This document shows positions 58,459 to 64,000 of a DNA stretch of 64,000 bases, piece by piece. The DNA is taken from contig JBPOFY010000002.1 of NCBI GenBank assembly GCA_051252375.1, forward strand, positions 1-64,000. Reading direction: 5' to 3'. The notes beneath the pieces were generated by a model. It saw only the letters and a program-made list of their open reading frames with translations. It had not been told where the DNA came from and did no database searches. How positions within the stretch are numbered: the stretch's first letter is position 1; each line of letters starts with the position of its first letter. Source of the DNA: Opitutaceae bacterium. GTDB taxonomy: Bacteria > Verrucomicrobiota > Verrucomicrobiia > Opitutales > Coraliomargaritaceae. A program made the translations under genes and the position numbers.

Positions 58459-60369
58459 CTAAGCTTTAGGCTCTTCAGCTTCGGGCGTAGCATCAGCCAG
58501 CGCTTCGGCATCAGCCTCATCAGAAGCAGCCTTCTTTGGCGCTTCCTCTGGCTCTGGTGCTACAGCTTCGGCGGCAGCTTCTTCGGTTGCGGCTACGACT
58601 TCAGGAGCAGGCTCGACGGGTGCGGGTTCTTTCACGACTTCCTTAGCCACTTCGGCAGTTGCCTCGGGCTCTGCTGGCGCTGGTTCTTCTACAGCAGCTG
58701 CCTCTTTCGGGGCAACCTCAGCAGCGACTGCTTCCTTAGGTGCCTCTACCTTTGCTTTAGGTTCTTTTGGCTTAGCCTCGGGCAATGGCGGCGCGGCATA
58801 CAATTTACCATCACCATACTCTGTCACATAACCTTCAGTGATCAACCAACGCAAATCTAGCATAAGCTGATTCAGTTTAGCTTGCTCCTCGGCAGTCAGT
58901 TCGACCACAGGGGTGGCTTCTGTAGAGGCCTCCGCATCGGGAGCGACTGTGGCTTCAACGGGTGCAGCTTCAACAGGCGCTTCGCTTGCAGCTTCGGTTG
59001 CCTCAGTAGACTCAGTTGCTGCTTCTGCAGCCTCCTTCGCAGCCTTTTTAGCTTCTGCCGCAGCGGCGACTTCAGCTTCAGATACTTTCAACTCTACTGG
59101 TTTTTGCTTCTCGGTATCGATATCGATATAAAGCTTCGGCAATTTAGAGGCAGGTAAATCCGGATGCTTCTCAATGAAATCAATCAGGTTGCTGATGGAA
59201 TCAGTGAAGATAGTCTTGCTGTCACGGAACTTACGTTTCACCGCACAAACATAAGAAACGCCCTTGGAACCCTTTTTATAAACGGTGAATTTATGACGGC
59301 GTAAACGACCGCGAATATTGTTAGCCGCTTCGAGAGGGAAATGCAGTTGTTTCTCTACATACGCTTCAACAGAACGGCGGATATCACCTACTGGCAAATT
59401 CAGTATGTCTCGACCTGCAAAACGAACATGCTCGCCGGATCCAACGACTTTGTCCTTACGATGCTGCAAGAGGAAGTGGCGAACAGCTTCGAGCGATTCC
59501 AACGACTCAGGCTCACCTGCTTGATGATCTTTCACCGTGTAACGCGCACCCTTCTTCATCGATTCGAGCCAAGCATCAATCTGCTCCTGCTCTTTTACCG
59601 TTTCGATCTTCGACTGAAAACGCTCAAACGACATACCGGAAATGCGTGCGGCATAATGAGCCTGGAGAAACTCTTGATAGCGATGGTAATTCGGCGGTCC
59701 GAGTAACTCACCGGTCACAGTGCAACGATTGACCATTTGAAAGTTGCCCTTTGGTGGCTCTATTTCGATTTCTTCAACATCGAAAAATAAATCAAGGTTA
59801 TTTGAAAGCACATGGCTGATCGCAGCCTCTTCAGTTTCAAAAGGTAGATGCCCTGGGACTGAAAAATGCAAAGGTGGCGTCACACCACCTGTTGGCAAAT
59901 TAGTGACCACCACAACATAACGCTCTGGCTTTTCTAAGAGAAGGTGGGCGATCTCAAATAACTGGTATGTGCGGGCAGTTGCGCGCAGACGCTTCACCAA
60001 AGCTTCAAAGGCTTCATCCTGCGGATAAATATCGACGTGAACCGTAGGTTGGAAAATCGCAGGTGCCTCACGACGGCGATCACCACCACGACCACCTCGG
60101 TCATCTCGGCGTGGCGGACGACCTTCACCTCCATCACGACGCGGCGGGCGAGCCCCACCACTAGGACGGCGATCACGCGAACCACCACCGCCACCACCGG
60201 AGCGACGATCGCCACCACGGGAATCTCCCTTGCGATCGTAGTTTTTCGGGCGACTTTGCTTCTTGTTTTCGTCGGCCCAATTAGGCCCGAAATCAAGACC
60301 TGAAAGTGCGTTAAGGTCGAGTGCCTGCTTTGAGGCAGGTTTAGAAGAATCAGATGCTTTATCAGCCAT
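58459..60369 (-). CDS. Hypothetical protein with RG-rich N-terminus and acidic Ala/Glu/Pro-rich tails
   Basis: Long ORF with ordered central region (LLGPPNYHRYQ, DLRWLITEGYVTEYGDG); probable start 60369. Confidence 0.8.
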   Translation of the reverse strand: MADKASDSSKPASKQALDLNALSGLDFGPNWADENKKQSRPKNYDRKGDSRGGDRRSGGGGGGSRDRRPSGGARPPRRDGGEGRPPRRDDRGGRGGDRRREAPAIFQPTVHVDIYPQDEAFEALVKRLRATARTYQLFEIAHLLLEKPERYVVVVTNLPTGGVTPPLHFSVPGHLPFETEEAAISHVLSNNLDLFFDVEEIEIEPPKGNFQMVNRCTVTGELLGPPNYHRYQEFLQAHYAARISGMSFERFQSKIETVKEQEQIDAWLESMKKGARYTVKDHQAGEPESLESLEAVRHFLLQHRKDKVVGSGEHVRFAGRDILNLPVGDIRRSVEAYVEKQLHFPLEAANNIRGRLRRHKFTVYKKGSKGVSYVCAVKRKFRDSKTIFTDSISNLIDFIEKHPDLPASKLPKLYIDIDTEKQKPVELKVSEAEVAAAAEAKKAAKEAAEAATESTEATEAASEAPVEAAPVEATVAPDAEASTEATPVVELTAEEQAKLNQLMLDLRWLITEGYVTEYGDGKLYAAPPLPEAKPKEPKAKVEAPKEAVAAEVAPKEAAAVEEPAPAEPEATAEVAKEVVKEPAPVEPAPEVVAATEEAAAEAVAPEPEEAPKKAASDEADAEALADATPEAEEPKA

Positions 60370-60577
60370 GGACTTATGAATAAAAACGCAACCGCTCTGC
60401 GCGGCCACGTGGGTGTGAGTTAGTTAGAATGAAAAGTGTTAGTTGAACGCGAAGGAAGATACAAGCCTGACGTCACTATTTATAGGCACAATTGAATTTT
60501 TTTGAATATTTATGTTGATCTCGAAAAAAAGCTGCCTATCACCTTCCAACTTCACCACGCGAAAGCGTTGGAATTTT

Positions 60578-60662
60578 GGTCGAATGGTGGAATCGGCAGA
60601 CACGCCAGTTTAAGGGACTGGTGCCGCAAGGCGTGGGGGTTCAAGTCCCCCTTCGACCACCA
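60578..60662 (+). tRNA. tRNA-Leu(AAG)
   Basis: GGTCGAA/TTCGACC-A-CCA; D-arm TGGTGGAATCGGCAGACAC; CCAGT-TTAAGGG-ACTGG gives anticodon AAG at 60612-60614; long variable arm. Confidence 0.93.
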
Positions 60663-60860
60663 CTTTTAAAACCGGACGGAAACGTTCGGTTTTTTTGGAT
60701 CTGGTGGGCTGATCGACTGGGGACTTTAACCTACGGTGGTCCGGTTCCCTTCGCCAAACGAAGTGCCCGGTCATGTCGCCTTTCGACAAGCTCTAGGCTC
60801 GGACAAGTCCCCCTTCGACCACCACTTTTAAAACCGGACGGAAACGTTCGGGTTTTTTGG
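60642..60860 (+). repeat. Direct repeat of tRNA-Leu 3' end plus terminator (162-bp period)
   Basis: CAAGTCCCCCTTCGACCACCACTTTTAAAACCGGACGGAAACGTTCGG at 60642 and 60804. Confidence 0.93.
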
Positions 60861-61006
60861 GTCTACACTTTAATATGGGGCACCCTCACCGCGCACCGCT
60901 CGCCCATTTTATTAAAAAATTCAAACAAGCGTTTGTCTTTCATTCAATTGCCTCCATTAGTGTGCGTGCGTCAATCTATACGCGACTCCCAACACACAGC
61001 GGAATC

Positions 61007-62146
61007 ATGAAGAAAAAACTAATTTTTGGAGCAATCATACTTCTTGGAGTGGCGCTAGCGCTGATCTTCATCTTTAGCACGAAGAAAGCTCAATTCGCAG
61101 CGATGGCAGAAGCAGGTGCGTCCATGGTGCCACCACCGGTCAGCGTTTCAACTTTCATTGCAAGCGAACAAGTCTGGGAGGAAAGCTTACAGGCGATTGG
61201 TTCGATCGAGCCGGTTCAAGGCGTTGCATTGGAAGCGGAAATCCCAGGCATCGTGAGCACGATCAATTTCGAAAACGGACAATTCGTCAATGCAGGCGAC
61301 CTAATGGTGCAACTCGACATCAAGGTCGAACTAGCACAGCTACGAGCTGCCGAGGCTTCAGCGAGGCTGGCAGTTCTGGAGAACGAACGCGCCAAGAAAC
61401 TCCGCGAGAGCGGCTCAGTGCCTCAGTCGCAACTCGACAGTTCCAGCGCCGATGTCGAAAAGGCAAATGCCGAGGTGGATAATTTTAAAGCAATCATCAG
61501 CCGTAAGACCATACGTGCGCCCTTTAGCGGTAAAGTCGGCATTCGCCAGATAAACCTAGGTCAATACGTGGCGCAGGGTGCATCGATCGTCACCCTACAA
61601 GCCGACGAGCAAGTCTTCGTCAATTTCACCCTCCCCCAACACGCACTCTCGAAACTCTCGACTGGCATGGAGATAGCGCTCAAAAGCGATGCTTACCCGG
61701 ACAAAACTTTTACAGGCTCGATCACCGCAATCAGCCCGCAAATCGATTCGCGCACGCGAACCATTCAATTGCAAGGCACACTCGATAATCCGGACAGCTT
61801 GCTCCGCGCAGGTCTATTCGTCCGCGTTGAAGCCAAGCTCCCCACCAAACAGACTGTGCTCGTCGTCCCGTCCACCGCCATTAATTATGCGCCCTACGGA
61901 AACTCGATCTACAAGGTCGTAGAAAAAGTCGATAAAGCCAGCGGCGAGAGCCAGCTCATCGCTGAGCAACATTTCATTCGAATTGGTAAACACAGAGGCG
62001 ATTTCGTCAGTGTCGTCGATGGCATGAGCGAGGGAGATGAAGTCGTCTCTGCCGGTGCCTTCAAACTACAAAATGGTGCCACGGTCATGATCAACAATGA
62101 TCTAAAACCAACAGCCGAGTTGTATCCGAATCCGGACAACACCTAA
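61007..62146 (+). CDS. RND efflux periplasmic adaptor (MFP)
   Basis: TM anchor, G.V..I.F.NGQ.V..GD, IRAPFSG.VG, LRAGLFV; probable start 61007. Confidence 0.95.
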   Translation: MKKKLIFGAIILLGVALALIFIFSTKKAQFAAMAEAGASMVPPPVSVSTFIASEQVWEESLQAIGSIEPVQGVALEAEIPGIVSTINFENGQFVNAGDLMVQLDIKVELAQLRAAEASARLAVLENERAKKLRESGSVPQSQLDSSSADVEKANAEVDNFKAIISRKTIRAPFSGKVGIRQINLGQYVAQGASIVTLQADEQVFVNFTLPQHALSKLSTGMEIALKSDAYPDKTFTGSITAISPQIDSRTRTIQLQGTLDNPDSLLRAGLFVRVEAKLPTKQTVLVVPSTAINYAPYGNSIYKVVEKVDKASGESQLIAEQHFIRIGKHRGDFVSVVDGMSEGDEVVSAGAFKLQNGATVMINNDLKPTAELYPNPDNT

Positions 62147-62192
62147 TCGCACCGCCTTCCTTGAATCGACCACTTTCGAAACGGAACATAGA

Positions 62193-64000
62193 ATGAATAC
62201 CGCTTTTACCGATATCTTTGTAAAACGCCCGGTGCTGTCGATCGTTGTCAGCCTGATAATTGTGCTGGCGGGACTGCAAGCAATCTCCTCACTCACCGTG
62301 CGCCAGTATCCGCGCAATGAGAATGCCAAGGTCACAATCACTACGTTCTATGTCGGTGCTGATGCGGATCTGGTTCGCGGCTTTATCACCACACCTTTGG
62401 AGCGTTCAGTCGCCACAGCAGACGGGATAAATTACATTTCGTCCGAAAGTAAACTCGGAATGTCTACCATCACAGTGCGCTTGGAGTTGAACTACGATTC
62501 CACCAAAGCGCTGGCAGAGATCAGCTCGAAGGTCGACCAAGTGCGCGGCGACCTCCCACCGGAGGCAGAGATACCGATCATATCAGTTCAGTCGGCCGAC
62601 AGCGAATTTGCATCCGCCTATCTCTCCTTCTCGTCCGACATTCTAGAAGCCAATGAGATCACCGACTATCTGGTGCGTGTCATACAGCCACGTCTCACTG
62701 CGATCAACGGTGTCAAAGAAGCAGAGATCCTCGGCGGTCGCACTTACGCGATGCGCATCTGGCTCGACCCCGCGCGAATGGCATCGCTCGGCATCTACCC
62801 AGCACAAGTGCGCGAAGCGCTTGCCTCAAACAACTATCTCTCCGCAGTCGGACAAACCAAGGGCAACTTAGTCACCGTCAACCTGACGACCAACACCGAC
62901 CTCAACACAGTCGAAGACTTTGAGCAGCTAGCGATCCTCAATCAGGGCGACACCATTGTGCGCATTAAAGATATCGCCACCGTTGAACTCGGCGGTGAAG
63001 ACTACAATGCGGAGGTGCGCTTTTCCGGAAAGAAGGCGGTATTCATGGGGATGTTTGTTCTGCCAAATGCCAACACAGTTGACGTGATCAGCGACGTGCG
63101 CACAGAGCTCGAAGCGATTAAGAAAGAGCTCCCCGTCGGCGTCATCGCCGATATGGCTTACGATTCAACAGTCTATATCGAGCAGTCCATCAGTGAGGTG
63201 GTAAAAACGCTGATGGAAACACTGGCCATTGTGATGTTCGTGATCTTCCTCTTCATGGGGCGTATCCGCACGGTATTGGTGCCAATTATTACGATCCCGA
63301 TCTCATTGATTGGTGCAGTCTTCCTGATGCAGATGTTCGGATTCAGTATCAACTTACTGACGCTCCTCGCCGTGGTTCTTTCCGTCGGGATCGTGGTGGA
63401 TGATGCGATCATTGTGGTTGAAAATATTGAGCGCCACTTGGAAGCAGGCATGGAATCGAAGCAGGCCGCCCTACTTGGGGTGCGCGAACTGATCGGTCCA
63501 GTCATCGCAACCACGCTAGTGCTAGTGGCCGTCTATGTGCCGATTGCCTTCCAAGGTGGCTTGACCGGTTCACTCTTCCGCGAATTCGCGCTCACCCTGA
63601 CTGGCGCAGTGGTCGTATCCACGATCGTCGCTTTAACGCTCAGCCCGATGCTCTCCTCAAAGGTGCTAAAGAGCGGCAAACACACCGGGCTCGCACTACT
63701 CATTAACAATGGCTTCGACCGCTTACGTAAAACCTACGGTCGCATCCTCCGAGTCGCACTACAAACCCGCTGGGTGACTTACCTCGCATGGATTGTTCTC
63801 ACACTTTGCTGCGCACCGATGTTCATGCTATCGCCTAAAGAGTTGGCACCCACCGAAGACCAAGGAGTGATCTTCGGCATCGTTGATGCGCCCGCAAATT
63901 ATGCAATCGAAGAGACCTCGCGTTTTGCCGATGCCGCCAACGATGTCTTCTTCAGCTTCCCAGAAACAGACTACACATTTCAACTCACTTTCCCAAATGC
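62193..64000 (+). CDS. RND efflux permease (AcrB family, MexW/MexI-like), runs off the right edge
   Basis: MNTAFTDIFVKRPVLS..VRQYP; NLLTLLA, GIVVDDAIIVVENIER, LTLSP; absent from ORF track because it is open-ended. Confidence 0.95.
   Translation, partial: MNTAFTDIFVKRPVLSIVVSLIIVLAGLQAISSLTVRQYPRNENAKVTITTFYVGADADLVRGFITTPLERSVATADGINYISSESKLGMSTITVRLELNYDSTKALAEISSKVDQVRGDLPPEAEIPIISVQSADSEFASAYLSFSSDILEANEITDYLVRVIQPRLTAINGVKEAEILGGRTYAMRIWLDPARMASLGIYPAQVREALASNNYLSAVGQTKGNLVTVNLTTNTDLNTVEDFEQLAILNQGDTIVRIKDIATVELGGEDYNAEVRFSGKKAVFMGMFVLPNANTVDVISDVRTELEAIKKELPVGVIADMAYDSTVYIEQSISEVVKTLMETLAIVMFVIFLFMGRIRTVLVPIITIPISLIGAVFLMQMFGFSINLLTLLAVVLSVGIVVDDAIIVVENIERHLEAGMESKQAALLGVRELIGPVIATTLVLVAVYVPIAFQGGLTGSLFREFALTLTGAVVVSTIVALTLSPMLSSKVLKSGKHTGLALLINNGFDRLRKTYGRILRVALQTRWVTYLAWIVLTLCCAPMFMLSPKELAPTEDQGVIFGIVDAPANYAIEETSRFADAANDVFFSFPETDYTFQLTFPN

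Noticed and set aside
60578..60662. tRNA-Leu(TAA) reading
   Set aside because: The 5-bp stem fixes the loop as TTAAGGG, so TAA is off-centre and the anticodon is AAG.
60576..61010. 144-aa ORF with duplicated QVPLRPPLLKPDGNVR
   Set aside because: Translation artefact of the tRNA-Leu gene and its duplicated 3' end.

Overview
A ~50% GC bacterial chromosome window with no integrase, transposase, phage gene or CRISPR array. Gene content (PEP-CTERM proteins, several Cys-type sulfatases, GH29/GH97, discoidin-like sensor kinase, caa3 oxidase) suggests a marine Verrucomicrobiota (Opitutales, Coraliomargarita/Lentimonas-like); this is inference. In order: a secreted beta-strand-repeat protein running off the left edge, a LacI regulator and tRNA-Arg(CCG); a putatively Fur-regulated porin/FMN-binding protein/PepSY-TM/ApbE flavinylation operon followed by a secreted CxxxC tandem-repeat protein; housekeeping genes (lpdA, msrA); a ~14.5 kb sulfated-fucan-type utilization locus (13.4-27.9 kb); adenosine deaminase; a fatty acid desaturase; a heme A/caa3 oxidase cluster; signalling genes around rsfS-nadD; polysaccharide biosynthesis genes; tRNA-Met, tRNA-Tyr, a ClC transporter, tRNA-Leu and an RND pump running off the right edge. 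Most notable observations: (1) a tandem two-hairpin element repeated at a 60-nt period, with compensatory stem changes and an invariant CCCTGTAAACCACGG core, in the long desaturase leader (candidate new cis-regulatory RNA); (2) the secreted 5x CxxxC repeat protein beside the flavinylation operon; (3) a tRNA-Leu with the rare AAG anticodon; (4) an uncharacterised ~190-aa domain shared by a PEP-CTERM protein and the adjacent sulfatase; (5) tRNA 3'-end plus terminator duplications ~160-170 bp downstream of two different tRNAs. All calls come from reading motifs by eye; no database search was run.
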